Shown here in pieces: positions 27,101 to 41,243 of a stretch of 64,000 nt of DNA. The stretch is taken from contig OZ320314.1 of assembly GCA_976226885.1 (NCBI GenBank), positions 34,596,001 to 34,660,000 of the forward strand, given 5' to 3'. Positions within the stretch are counted from its first letter, which is position 1. The number at the start of each line of letters is the position of its first letter. Both the position numbers and the translations under genes were made by a program. The stretch comes from Iphione sp. A-MEVVRFRX5 (Eukaryota). Below the pieces are notes generated by a model, which did not search any database, was not told the origin of the DNA, and was given only the letters and a program-made list of their open reading frames with translations.

Positions 27101-30100
27101 TCAAAATGAGTTTACACGACGCAGTTGCTCTAATTGCCTGCGGTGGGAAGTGAGAGCTGATAAGGCCGAGCAGCTCTCAGTCAAGAAGCAATCTCACCGC
27201 GCCCGATTGCCACTTCTTGAATAGCAATTTTATTCTGATTTTATGACACGCCCAGACTTTTGGTAAGGCATGCACCATTTATGGGGAACTCCGACTGGTC
27301 GTGAGGTCGCTAAAGTCAATTCCCCGGGTAATTACCTTTTGTTTCTAAGATTTATTGCTCCTTGTTGGAGTTTAGCAACAAAGTTTGATGTCAGCCACTG
27401 GGTGTAGCCAATATTGGGAGCTGTGAGCAGCACTACTAATGGGGTCAGTGTCAATGTGGCCGAGTATAAATCAGTATTTTATTGAGTTGAAAACTATAGG
27501 CCATTATTGCAAAAAATATACAGGAGGTCTCATTCGTGGGTGCCATGAATCATTCCTAATTGACAATTGGGTTGTTCCGCATCTATGGGACGATATCAAA
27601 CAACAGGCCGAGATGCAAGGGGTCCATGACTTGCCAAAAGAATTGTGAACAAGGCATCGGCAATCCTCCTGCAAAGATGGATGGGGAAATACTTTTCCGA
27701 GGAAGGAAATAGCATGCCGCCTTTCAAGGGGTCCCTCGTTACCTGTTATACCCATTAACTACAACGTAACAATTATTACTTGTCATACCCATTAGCTATG
27801 CCCGAACTAAAACAAATGATCACAAGTATCAAAAGTGAACATTTGGAACTGCATCGTACTTGTGAAATGTCTGACATCCAGTCATGACAGCATTTCTTTA
27901 TGGGCAAAATGACCCACAACTGTGTCTAATAACTATGTATTACTTGCGTACTGTGATTTACAATGATCGACAACTTTGAAATATAATTATGCAATCGCTA
28001 TTAAACGCGACGCCAAACGGAGACAAGACTTTCAACGTATACGGCATACAACAAGGAATATACATGAACATGTACCTAGTGAATGTTTCTCCGCGACAAC
28101 GAGCATTTGCGTATGGGTTATGATCACCATGCCATCTTCAGGTCCGTGCGAGAAACAACCTGCCTCTGCCTCTGACTAGAGCCGGTGGCTTCGCTTCTGC
28201 TATTGAGAGTGGCTTCGATGCTGGCTTCCCTGGTGGTTTCGGGAGCGCTTCCACGCAGGAGACGGCACTCTGTGGTCGCCTCACGACCACGGTCCATCTG
28301 TGCCGACGACACAAGTTATATATTGATGAGTGGGTCGGCTGATGAGGTTGCTGGGAAATGATCTAAGCTACCGGTAGGCATTTATCATCCCCTTAAAGTA
28401 TCACCAAAGCGTCCTGCGGGGACAGATATCTCCATCCATACTTCGTCCAGTCGTCGTTCGGAAATTCACTCAAATTACATTTGTATGATGTGCGCATCTA
28501 TTCAGTTATATGCAACCTATATGACGAGCGTGGTGAATTTGGTGGCACTATTTTTTCCGAAACAATGCGGCAGTCTGGGATGGCTCTCCTCATGTGCGTA
28601 TTGGCGGTTGTCTGCTACTTTATATTCTTGTCAAGCAAGCAGTATTGCTGTTATTACCGTGCGCCATCTTAGCGACGGCGAGCCGTACTTAGTCATGCCC
28701 CATGCACCTTGTCCCGTGACAACGGCACCCATCGTTCACGAATTATAAATTTCTTCTGCCAAAATTTGAATTTATATGAAGATTAGGCCGTGTCTGCGGC
28801 GCGTCTCAGCGCACCTTGGCTGGACCCCTACTTATTACCAGGCATAAATCACGGGGCGCGCCACATTAAACATTCACTTGTAAAACAAATTACTCATCAA
28901 GCCGTAAATCACCAGCGCCTACGTCCCGCCCGTGTCCATTCTTGTGGCTGTGACCCACGCCCGACAATTTATGCCACAATCGCGGTGCTTGTACAAACCT
29001 TCCAGCGGCCGGACATTGCCTCCATGCCTGAGGAATTAGCCCCTCCCGAGCTCAGGTAATGCGGCCAGAAAAAGATAAGTGTAAATGTGGAACATTTATC
29101 AAGTAAATTATGTTTGCTATTTCCCACGCCCCGTGCCTCATTCACAGGCCATCGGGCCTGCGTCCGAGTAGCACAGCCTTCTCATTTTCTTTACTCCCAA
29201 ATATGTTCCAGGCTGATGGAAAAATGACCCCGGGTCACAGCGGCTTCGTGTACTTTGAGTAGCGCGACTAACGCAAAAAGAAGCGCCCGCAAACATTAAC
29301 TACGCAAAATATATGACGGGGGAGATTCCATGCTGATGAACATGTCAGGGGACTTAGTGCCATCAGGCTGGGCCTGCGTGTGGATTGCATTCGCTCCGCG
29401 CGATTACGGTCATCAACAATGACCAAAAATGACCAAATCCAGGCAGATTGAATGGCCCAGGCTCTCAGCGTATCAGATCCAGTGGTGAACACAAAGCCAG
29501 TCAGTCAGCCGATGTAGGTGTGGCGCCGTCTCTCTGGTCAAAGAGAAGTTTTTACTACCACTAATGGACTTCCACAGTTTCATATCCGTTTCATACACAT
29601 GTTGTCTTCTGGTTTCTATTGTGTATCGTTGCACATGACACGCCTCCTTTCCTTTCTTGATATTGCCTCAACGTTTCGGGATGACAATGCAGCAGCCTTC
29701 ACGGTGCTATACGATACGTTGCTAAGATTTTGGCTGAAGTAACATATCAACTCGGTTGTTTTACTTGGAAAATTCAGTTTTCATTTATGTATTATCCAAG
29801 TTGCAAATATAATGTGGTTGTGTCATCTGGATGAATGATTTGTTATTATGATCATGCAATATCCCCAAATAGTTTGTCCATAAAATTGCCTGCATTTTTA
29901 AAAAAATATATGTAAATGTTATCAATTTTCAGCGATAAAAAGAAATGAAATAGATGAGGGAAACGCTGAATAGAATTTGGTACCGGGTATATATAAAAAA
30001 CACTTTGGCGAAATGCATCGTTGCGATCTTCGAGGGAGACACACATTACAAATATGCAAGTGAATTGAGATAGATTGCAAGAAAAAGAGGGAAAAGGAGA

Positions 30101-30254
30101 GTGTGGCAAACAGAGAGACGAAGAACGATACTTTCAAATCGTATTGTTGAACGCGAGAATCCGATATAAGAGACGGATAGATCATAAACGAGCATAGAAA
30201 GGCCAGAAAGCAATGCTGGAGAATTTTTTAACAGCACTAATGTTGAGCTAACTG

Positions 30255-30287
30255 ATCTATGTTTCGACGGACCACCTTCCTCCAGTT
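30255..30287 (-). ncRNA. Strongly degenerate hammerhead-like relic
   Basis: Minus strand reads CTGGAG-GAAGG-TGGT-CCGTC-GAAA-CATAG. Helix II has one mismatch followed by GAAAC; the 5' core is corrupted. Confidence 0.3.
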
Positions 30288-31636
30288 CACTGTGAACCGA
30301 ACCAACAGAAAGACTGGAGAGTTCCGTCTAAATATAAAGCAAAAGTAGACCTGTGAGGAAATGACGGCCACTTGCACCAATGTAACTAAAGGCAATCGCA
30401 AGACCTGGTCCCCTGAAAGGGTTATTGCTCAAACAAATAATAAAACAGTGATGTATTCAGCTCGCCTGGCTAACTTCATCGTAAGCTAAGACCATGTGGC
30501 AGGGGGACGTTCCTCCCAACGTTCAGGTAAACGAAGCTGTGTTTCCTACCCTCCTGGCATGGTGTTTCTTAGAGGGATTCTATCTGCTGTACAAGATATC
30601 TGTGAAAGCGGTTATCGGTGCCTTTATTTTGAACCTACAAGTCACCAGCGTCAACAGCAGCACGTGTCAGAGCGTTTCGTCATTTCAATGTTTTTTTTTG
30701 TTGCTTGGCAACCGGCCAACCGTTAAATGCCTAATAATGGACCGTGAAAATATTTAGATGCATCACTAGGGACGTTATTAAATTTGCAAGCAGTTTTAAA
30801 AACAAAACGAATTCACCAATAGTGTTTTCCCCATTTAGTCGCGCATTTACTGTATCTTTTAGATTAATATAATGGACCGCCTGAAATACTGTCACCCTTG
30901 GTTTTTCACCCACACTGTTCACATAGAAGGGTCTTTGCCTTCCAAGTGGTGTTATTGCATTTTAAAAACGAATCTCATGTTACCATCCCAACCGTTTTCT
31001 TTAACTGGTCTGTTCAGAGCGAGAAATCAAACATCCGTTCCCTCACACCCTAGGAACACAGGAGAAAAGAAACCTGAAAGAAGGTGACAGAGCCCGATGG
31101 GCCAAAAGGGTAAGTAACAATTCCTAGCAAGAGGTCTCGCAACTCGGCAGGTAACTGTTAATGTGTCGATAGTGTACGCTTGCGAGTGCGTGACTGTTCA
31201 AGATTTGATCCATACTGCAGAAAATGCTCTGCGTAATGATTAGAGGTAGTTCACTTTGAAAAAGTAGGAAAATGGAAACACAACTTACTTGCGTTTGCCT
31301 ACTGTGCCTGCCAAGTTTCAATGATAAACATGTCTACTTCACTTTTTAGCAGATGAAAGGATTGTTCCTGTAATTGTTTCTAACAAAAGAACCCTCACTG
31401 AAGCAATAAACTGGGATAGCTACGCAATGAATTACGTGAAATAAACAGTAAACACAAAACGGCACTTTAATAATCAGATGTATGCCTTACTGAGGGCACA
31501 TTCTGGGACTAATAGCCTAGTCTTGGACACTGACATGCTCCATGTGATTTGGCTGGTGATGTGACTTTTTGACATAAATGGTAGGAGTAATTATAAATGA
31601 CTGCTAGTATCAATGGCACTGATATCCACGAAACAA

Positions 31637-31659
31637 ATATATATATATATATATATATA
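31637..31659 (+). repeat. (AT)n microsatellite
   Basis: Direct sequence. Confidence 0.95.
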
Positions 31660-34600
31660 CTATATACAAACATATACATGTACAAAGTTAAAAATTAGTA
31701 TCCGAACTCTAATCACCCAGATTTTCTCCTTATCCGGATGAAATAACAGGGAGCAGATGTGATCTGTGCAAGTAGGCATGACTCTATTTACAAAATGAAC
31801 CCTGCTAGCTATGCACGCCTTAATGATACAATATAGTAAATATACTGCTTTGTTTTCGTTTTGTTCATGTACGAAAAGAATTGTCTCATGCATGTAAGAA
31901 TTCATTTACGCATATATATGTATATATGTGTGTATACATGTTCTACTACAGGGCCCTTGGCATCTGTCCACCAACAATACATTTTTTGCTACCCTTTGAA
32001 CATAATCAAAGATAAAAGCAATGGTTATTAGATTATTACAGTGTTATCTTCACAAGAGACCATCGTGCAAGCTGTATATAGTCAATCTCAATATCTTCGA
32101 GTTTTGTTCTGTTTGAGGAGAAAAGGGGTTGATATTAAGTACATGGCCATAACCAACTATTTTCATGTCACTACCGGTACAAGGCACTTTGGGTATATTA
32201 CCCACTTGCGGTCCTCGGGATGCAACAAATGGCAGATCTCATATTTTTATTCATTTCCGTTTGGCATAAATAGGAGGACGTGCGAGAATACCCTTATAGA
32301 AAAAAATACATAAAATTATATCAAATACTGACATAACTTCCATTGCCATGAACGTGTAGTGGTACCACGAGCCGATATCACTGAGTTTAATTAATCTTAT
32401 GCAGACCCCAAGGGGGATATGCCAATTTGTAAGAATGTCACAATGTGTGAGATATTTCGACAGCACTGTTTCGATATCATATCATATACTTAAGAATAGC
32501 CATCAAAAAGTGGCGGGGATAACTGCCTGGCTTGTTATTTTCATTTGTGCTCAGAAACTGAAAAAGTGCGCTGAACCGCTTTCGCCAGTGTATTAATTAG
32601 AACATATTGATAACACTGCATGCGCCTAACAGGTCCTGTTGTGCCGCCACAACTTCCAGATGCATCATGTATGTGCATTACAAACAACAACTAATGTTGG
32701 ACATTCATTTTTCATAATTTTTACATAACCTCCGCTGACGGAAGGCGATTGCTTGCCAGAGTAAATTTCCAGCGGTGGAGGGCTCACGGCTGTGTCATGC
32801 TAAGCAAGTTCACCACCTTACATCAGGTATGCATGCAATATACCGTTGCGCGGTGAATTTCTCCATCCCTCATAATTTTTCCATCGTTTCCCGCATACCC
32901 CGACAGAGAGTGAAGCACGAAGACAATAGACTTCCATGCCCCACTTCTCCTATCCGCCGGGCCCATCAAATTTCCATATATCCGAATTTATCGATGTATG
33001 TTGGCCCACAACAATTCGCACGTAACCGCAGAGGGCGACTTTTCGCCGCCTGACGCGGTAGTCTCCTATAAAATAAAATTGTGATATTTCTTCATGTCAT
33101 CAAGCGGAGGCCAATATACATGAAGATGAGGGGCCGTCGGCGCATGATCCCGCGACGGCAAATTACATTCCGTGCCATTGAAAATTGAATGTTTGCATGA
33201 CGGCCGCGCTGACGCCACACTAAACACACACAGCCACCCGTGTCAGACTCAAATCCAGACTAATTGTTATCCATCAATCACGGCCAGCCTAGATTAGACC
33301 TCAAAATTGGCTTTAAAATCTCCACCGTTCCGCGCCCTTGTCGGGTCGCTGTTTTCACTTTTCTTGCCTTCATCCCGAAAGCGAGACGCGGAACTCCTGT
33401 GTCAATTCTGACAAAGGTACCTGGTAGGGAAAGCCTTCGCTGTCAACGTACTATTATTCCCCACAACGCCGACCCAGGTTTCTTTTATCGGACTGAAATG
33501 GTCTCGCTGCTGCATCCAAGAAAAGATCTGTGTTGGATCTGTTATAAAACGTCAATGTCCTTCTGCCTGATGAAACAGTCCGCTCTCAAAGGCGGCCTAA
33601 TCAAGTCCGGCTGGAGGAACACACATACGGACTGCTTCCATTAGACAACCAATTTAAATGGGATTACCCCCATTCAAACCACACAGACGCCTCGGAAATA
33701 GATCTAAAACCGGGTAAAATTATTAAATCATTGCGCCGGACTGGGTTTTGTCCTATTTCACCCTTGGCCTCGCCATCATAGAAAGTCCTTTCAATATACG
33801 GGGGGTCTATCTTCGGCTGGTCCTTTCATCTGTTACTTCCGCGCGCCCCATATCTTATATGGTTTAAGCCTGCTCCATATCCAAAAGCTCCGAAAATTAA
33901 ATCAATGTGAATTGGATTTCTTGCCTTTGAAAGCGGGGAGGAATCAAATCAGGAGAAGAAAAGACAACAAGTTCCAGACAGAGCGGCGAAGGGAATTGAA
34001 GGGTGGCAGGGCAGGGAAGAAAGAACAGGAAAGAAGGAGAAAGGAAAGGCGTCCGCCGCCCGTGTCTGGTGTGGGTTGATGAAAGACGAGGCCAAGGAGC
34101 TGCCGGTAAAGCACACGCTGCCAGATCAATGTGTTAATACACTATGTGCGCCTCGCGCCGCAGCCCATCGGGCCGCGTCAAGATGAATATGTATGACGTT
34201 AACTTTAATCCGAGTCCCATTTCTCACCGTTTCAAATCGGCGTAATGATGTAGGGAGCAAGACACTAATTTCCGAGTGAAAATTGTCGGCCCGCCTTAAA
34301 TCACATCTCGGTGGCAGCGCGCCGCCCGATCTGATAATGATGGAAGTGAAATCTATGGTGGCTCACCGCACCGTCTTGATGACGTACACTGCGCAGCCGG
34401 CAGAGGAGTTGGCCGCCCGTTGCATTTCAATTCCTTTGATGAACAACGGTGTCGTTTCACCTAATCGTGATGATTTAACAAAAATATATCTGACAAGATG
34501 AAGATGGATAGCTGCTGGCGGCACCCGTGTCGAGCGGGAGGAAAGAGACGGCCGGTGCACATAAGGATATGCTCGAAAGGATATGCGAGTGTTCCCGTGG

Positions 34601-35814
34601 GGTGTACGTCAGCGCATGTGTGCATAGGAGCCTGTCTACGTGTACGTGCGCGTGTGCGTATGCGTGTGCGACTGTGGGTATGTGGGGGGGGGCTGTGGTG
34701 AGGAGAGTGGTATGTGACGAGGAGAGTGAGTGCGACGAGGGAATGATGTTGCAGGGTGGAACAAGGGCGGCAGTTGGTGACAGTGAAAGAGGTGCGCCGT
34801 AGCTTGGGGGGGGGAGGGGGAGAGGGAAGCGTGCGCGTTTCTCCAGCGAGAGCGGCGCCAACAACAAGAGAAATACCAGTAGGCAAGGCAAACCGTCAGA
34901 CATCAAAAGCCGTTCGCCACTTATCATTGGAAAGAACGCGCAATATTTCTGCAGTCAGATCCCACATGCGATTCACAAATCAGTGTGTATCAATGTTGCA
35001 TATGACGTGAACAAACAGAATTACATTCCTCCAGTGAAGCACAGTGACAGTGAAAGCGCAGGCTGTGGGGGGGGGGGGGAGGGCGACCCAAAAGGGGGAC
35101 AGTACTGCAGGGCCGACCATCGTTTGCTGGCCGAGTCCAGACATGCACATGTACATAATTCATCTACCCTCTGACGACGAGCCCGTCACGGGCTTAGAAC
35201 CGCAGGAAGCAAAGACACCATGACGACAACGGCAGACTACCCGGGCCGGACTTGTAAGTAGTATAGAAAAGTGGGACCCACCAAATGTCTCAAAATAAGC
35301 GGTCGATGCTAAGATGCCGAGCGACGAGCTATCAGCTTGTGTTCTTTAAAATGTATCAGAATTGAAGTAGAAGTATCCAAATACTGAAACAATACCCTGT
35401 CTATTATTTAACGAGTGGCTACGCCATGCACAGCAGGACTACCCTCGCTCAAACAGTATTAGGAAAAAATACCATTTGGATTCGAAAAATGGAAATGTAT
35501 TCTTATATACAGGTAGTGCTTTAATTCACCGCCAACTACTATAACGTATTTCTACTTGATTGCAGACATGCTTACCCTATATGTCAGATGTCTAAAAGGC
35601 CGGTAAGCAGTACGTACCTCCCTTGGGTTGAAAATCAGGAATCAGGAAGGTGTATGTGTAGACGCTCTATTACGAGACGTAAAACTATGCATGCAGGGAG
35701 ACATTCCCTTACCCTTAACACCAGCAATTTTCTCCCTTGTTAAAGACTGTCGGAGGAGGGAATTCTTCGCATTTCTTTTGAACACAGTCCCTAGAATTGG
35801 TCAATGACACTTAC

Positions 35815-36015
35815 TTTACAGGACTCGGGCAGCATGGCTCTGAGTTTCTTGGTGCTGATGCTTCTAAACATGTGCTCGAGCATCTCCTCGCGGTCGTGAA
35901 CGTACTGGCCCACAGCGAGCAGCTCCCTGTTCAGGTCCAGGTCACTGTCACAGTCACTGGCGCTGTCGTCACGCTCCGATGGTTTGTGCTGTTGCTTGCG
36001 GTGACTGTGTTGTGC
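35815..36015 (-). CDS. CAAP1: Internal coding exon (67 codons, phase 0/0) of caspase activity and apoptosis inhibitor 1 orthologue
   Basis: Minus-strand acceptor ttattgacgatttgtgtttctttttaacAG and donor AAA|GTAAGT bound a 201-nt open exon: AQHSHRKQQHKPSERDDSASDCDSDLDLNRELLAVGQYVHDREEMLEHMFRSISTKKLRAMLPESCK. It aligns without gaps to the vertebrate CAAP1 core as I recall it (LDLTVSLKPVSFYISDKKEMLQQCFCIIGEKKLQKMLPDVLK). The homology is from memory, not from a database search. Confidence 0.9.
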
Positions 36016-39000
36016 CTGTTAAAAAGAAACACAAATCGTCAATAAATTACTTTCCGAAAGACGCGTCTACAACAGGGGAAAAAGATAGATGGGCCTGTAT
36101 AAACAAATTTAAAACCAAAACGTGCGCGCGGAGTATTTTTTCCGCTGCAGTTTAATTATCGGGGATCAAAATCAGCGCATCCTTGAATGCCTACTTTGCT
36201 GCACTGTATGCAAGTAGTATTACATTACCGAAAGAGCATATCCTGATTCTGCTGATGAAAAATTCTATACTAAAGCGAAATGGACTATACTGCGCCATAT
36301 TTTACGGCGAGTGAGATCCTTAATGGAGAACATCACTCCTGTAATGGATATAAATTACCCGTCTTTGAAAGGCCTGTTAGACAATGTGTCAAACTAACAA
36401 TTATATAATAACAGATGACAAATATTCAGCCGGTAATGTTCCACATTCACCCATACGGTGGATTGCAAACAGCCTGTGCCCACCCCCGCCCTTATGCCGA
36501 CAATTCCTGCGCTTGGACTGTTCCGGAGGAAAAAGCATTCTGGCAGCGCTGTCACATTAATATGGGCTTTGCCATAATGTGATGATGACCGTCAAGTCTG
36601 ACAGTTCAATATATCGTGCGATGAGGGACATATGAATCATAGAAATTTCCCTAGTGATGTATGCGGCGCAGGAGCAACTGGGAATCCCAGTCGGTCCTTC
36701 TTCGAGATAACAAAATGGCTTCCTGCCGACCATCTCTCATCAGCACTTTGGGCAAGCTTGTCTGATAAATGGGTCCCTGTTTTAATGATGGCCTCCTACA
36801 GTGCTAGACAACTTCAATAAACCCATAGATCTTGCTGCTCCAATGTCTACCTCACAAGTCAAACATTGGCCTTCTCTCCCTGTGTGATATGTCAGGAAGA
36901 GCCATGTGCTTCGTATAAACCAAGCGGCGCACAAAGGCAGGCCCCCGGGCGACATGAGAGGAGACGACTCCCGGTTAAGGATTACTGCCAATTCTGTAGG
37001 AACCCCTGCGATCATTAATGAAAGCAGTCCGCGTTCCATGCAGAAAATATCATTTGTCGAAGAAAATGAACCGCCATCATTATTTATATTGAGCAGCCGG
37101 TCACCGATGCCAGACGTTGGTGCCATGGGGAAGCAGTTACCATCCCAGAGCCCCCCTTCATGATGCGACTTCTCCGACTCGCGCTCGTCGGGCCGTCCAA
37201 GGCCCCCACGGTAGGCTCTACCACGGTCACTTCAATCTACTGGCGTCCTGCGTATTGTGGAGCGGCTTTGTGGCGCTGATGACATCAGATCGGTGTCTGT
37301 CACAAAAACAACATCAAAACTCCATTTTTCCCCCTCTCTTCAAAACCCTGTCTTGCTCGCCGGCGAAGGCAAGCGACGTGGGAGGTCATGGCCCCTGCCG
37401 CCTCCGACCACCGGCGAGGAGAAGCAATCACACTCGGCCGAGTCTGTCATAATTACTTCAACAAACAGCCCAAACTGGAATGAAATTTCCAATCTAGCTC
37501 GGAACATTTATCTACGGCAGACTTCATTGTGCAGCAATCGTCCACACAGCCTCGTGCCATTTGGAAACCATCAATCAGCATTATTTGGCGGGTCAAAATG
37601 ACAGCCCTCGCCCGATGGCTATTAAAATTCATTGTTAGACACTGCTGTCAATATTCCTACACATTCTCGCAAGATTCGCCACTCGTGCAATGCAATTTTC
37701 GTAGGGATCAGTGGTGAAATGCTGGCCTGTACTTCATGTAGCCGCCTGCAGCTGCCAGGTATTGCTGGCCATGCTTGGGGAATAGAAAGTTGTAGGGAGA
37801 TGAGCGTCTAACCCCTTGCATCCGATGACATTGAATTTGCCTGTCTCTGACAGGCTTATTCTTTTCCACTAGCCTGACGTCTTCAGGGTGTTGTTCGCCT
37901 GCCAAGGCTTATATTGATAACAACGGTCGAACTTCTTTCTATCAAAGTTCTCCATACAATGCTGACGGGGAGCAGTATGTCAGTGCTCCACCTCAGATAG
38001 CACTAATCCTTCTCGCAGGCAGCACTTTGTCAAGCCGAAGCTTATGAATCTGTCCCCTAAAACTTGATATGAATGCATCCTGCCATTGAATGAGCTCTCT
38101 TCAAAAGGCCACGGCATCAGGCTTTTTTTCACTCATGGAACCTCTTCCCCACATGAAACCATTATTCTTTCCTCGAAGGAGGATGGTATGTACTCCACCA
38201 GAGCTCCTTTTAAAAGATGATGGTATATCGTTCTTTCATTTTGCGCGGACCTTGTTAAGTGATACGTGCCTTTTTCATGAGCAAATTCCATCTTCTGCTG
38301 CACGCACAATACCAAAACAGAAGATCCCTTTGGTCTTGACATGCATATTTCAATTCTTTCCGCGTATAGTTTTTCACATAGTGCGGAATGGATGCTAACT
38401 CTTGCCAATGGCTTTACTTCGCAAAAACATGACAGGGAGAACTTTCAGACGGTAGCCTGGCTAGCTTTGGATCGTCTGGCAATAGATCACGTTTGGCTAA
38501 AATGTTTTTTCTGAATGGTGTTATCAAAAGGAACTACTTGGAGATTTTGCATGTGGGGCTTTCATGTTGTTTTCGTTGCTAGTGCACGTATGTACACAAG
38601 CATGGGATGAAAAACATATTCTAGACGTCAATATCTTATTCTCAAGGCATTCAACTAAATAACCAGCATAGCCGAAACTTTCATTTGCCGCATATAGTTA
38701 TAGCGTTTTCACTAAGAATAAATATTACCTCAAATATCTGGCTATGTGCGAAAAGGTAGATCATTCATTCGCTGACCCTCAACGATCTAAATACGTAACC
38801 TTTTTGGTTGGTTTGTCTTTCTGCGACGCCTCTGGCTTACCTTGGCCTGTGGAGCTGCGCATCTTCATCCAATGCCAAAAGCCATCATTTGGTTTCATCA
38901 GGGAGCCAGCTCACCTCCCCGATAGTCATTTTACATGGCCAGTCGTCACTTTATTGGCAAAGTTGAAGGTTGCTTTACCAATCGGCCATGTGTGTGACTG

Positions 39001-40689
39001 CTGCGGGCGCGGGCTGGTGGCTCAGGTAGAGGCCGCCTCTGATCTGTGCCCTCCAAACCTCACCTTCATTTTACTTCCACCTCAATGCATCGTGCGCACA
39101 ATTCAATGCCATTATGGACATGATCGTGTCCCTCAATAGGTCCCTAGCCGAGTCCCTGAGACGGCCTTTAGAACGGAGTACGAGTCTGAACGTTCTATTA
39201 CTATACACTTTGATCTCTCTGTTGAGAACCAAACTCTTTCTTTAAATCGCACAGTTAAGTTGCTGGTGTGTGTACATGGTGTGTGTGGCCTTCGAGAGCT
39301 GTAAAGCGGGACTGACACTAAGAACTTGAATCAAATGAACGCCGCCCAAGGCACATCATATGAACACCTGGCTAAGGAGACTTCGCCACTACGTGGTGAC
39401 ATTCAGACCACATAATATCCTCTAGAGGTCAAGCAAAGTAGAAAGAACAAAGCCGGAAGGACATCTCTTAGAGGTTGCTGCCCTTCCCAAGATCCTCTGA
39501 CTCCTCTGAATAAAGGTGTAGAAACGCTTGCCACGTGTTATCCGTAACTTGTGCATAGAAATTACATTTAATTTCATATTCGCCTCTTAGTACACGTAAT
39601 AGTGCAAATAAATGGGCGTGTCTGTGAGAGAAGGTCCCTTCTATTCATACTTATTAATCTTCAACTTTGCCTATAAATACTACATCTTTTTAAATCATAT
39701 ATTATATATGTTAGCAGGATTTTGTTTAAAAGTATTCAACTAAAGCCTGCTATGGGAAGTTCAAAATGTCCTATCACACAGTTATATATAAGATTATGTA
39801 AGAAATAAACGGATCTACTATCGAACAGTCAGAATTTGTCATTCCAATCCATTTCTTGCAATACACTACAAATGAATTCTCTCTATTCTAGAGAATGCTT
39901 CATTATTTTGTACTAATACAGTAAGTCAACTCTCAGCATTTTTTATTTCTCATAATAAGGCAACAGATCGGGTACAAGAATCAGCTACAGCATTTCTTTT
40001 ATAGTATTTCTTTTTCAAAGTATTGTCTGTACGCCTAGTCTGGATACATTTTCTCACATTATGTTACAGATAATCATAGGTACATTTATGACTTCGACTC
40101 TGAGCTGTAAACATACAATTGAAATTATGTATATTAAACTTATGAGGCTGAGACCCAGAGTTAGTGACAAGTTATTTGCGTCTGCCTTTCTTACCTGATG
40201 TCCCTCTCAATGTTTTCAATAAAGACTTTATATATATAACAAATATTTTCAGAAATACACATATTTCGGACGGAAAACTTCTTCCTTCAGGAAATTTATC
40301 CTTCAAGTGTTTTCATAAAGGGCTACTTTCACAGCAGATATCTATGAAATACAGAGGCAATGGGTGATGCCTAGAGGGATCATGTGCTCTAAGAGGGTTA
40401 AACATTTAATCATATCGGTCTTCATTTTAAAATATGAATGTAAAATTAAATTCAAGTTAAGATAAAAGGCAAAGGACAAAAAACTGTGATTTAGCTGATA
40501 GTATGACAGTGATTTATCAAATGGTTTAGTCTTTTAACCAATGGCCAACTGCTAACGACGTTTAGGTTACCTAGTGGGACTCTAAAAATTAGTCACCTCT
40601 ATGCTATCCTTGACTTGTAGCAATGGCAGTTATGGGAGTACTTCAATTCTATGCATACCACATGAGAGATTTCCACGCAATTCAGTTAT

Positions 40690-41243
40690 TCTTCTAGTTC
40701 AAGTTCAAGACTGACAGAACAGATGCCCCAGTACCGTCTACATCCAACTCCAGTAATAGTAGCTCAACCGACAGTGATGCAGCTCCTGTGCCGAGAAAAA
40801 GGCTAAAAATCACACTGCTATAAGCACATCCACCAGCACCCCGCAGAATCTCGATGAACTGCTACATGAAGATCTGACTGTATCCAGCGACAACTAGAGT
40901 ATGGAAGACGGAGAGATCAGATCCAACACCAGCGCCAGTTCGAGTCCCCCAACATCCAAGAAGAAGGATGGTCCACCTCACAAGACCTCAGACAAACCCA
41001 AGGATCCTGTGGAGAAGTACATCTCACAGCCATCTAGTAGCAATAGTAGCTTTCCAGAGTATAAGCCCACACCCATCTTTAGGCCCCCATGAGAGGACAG
41101 TGCTCAGATATATTTCGGTTAATGAGTGGTTATGCGATGTCCAGAAAATGGTTTATGAGGCAAATCAGCGGATTGGTAAAGCAATGTACCAGGCTATGGT
41201 AAATGAGGGCTTTGCGCCACCTAAGAAACAGACGTGGGTATAG
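40690..41243 (+). pseudogene. Disrupted ORF of unknown family (S/T/P-rich, basic NLS-like motif, YKPTPI motif, helical C-terminus)
   Basis: Joining frames gives TDAPVPSTSNSSNSSSTDSDAAPVPRKRLKI / TAISTSTSTPQNLDELLHEDLTVSSDN*SMEDGEIRSNTSASSSPPTSKKKDGPPHKTSDKPKDPVEKYISQPSSSNSSFPEYKPTPIFRP / HERTVLRYISVNEWLCDVQKMVYEANQRIGKAMYQAMVNEGFAPPKKQTWV*. This requires two frameshifts and one stop (40895-40897). Confidence 0.55.

Larger units (their letters stand above)
17704..35814 (-). other. CAAP1: 18,111-bp GT-AG intron of CAAP1
   Basis: Lies between the two phase-compatible CAAP1 exons, whose peptides are contiguous in the homologous protein. Confidence 0.85.

Noticed and set aside
28124-28312. Coding-like minus-strand ORF MSSAQMDRGREATTE... 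inside the CAAP1 intron
   Set aside because: The flanking CAAP1 exons are contiguous in the homologous protein, and there are no good splice sites or recognisable homology.
35797-36045. 82-aa plus-strand ORF MVNDTYF...
   Set aside because: Antisense shadow of the real CAAP1 exon on the minus strand.
40935-40950. GTTCGAGTCC, a tRNA T-loop/B-box-like motif
   Set aside because: No cloverleaf or A-box; it lies within the ORF relic.
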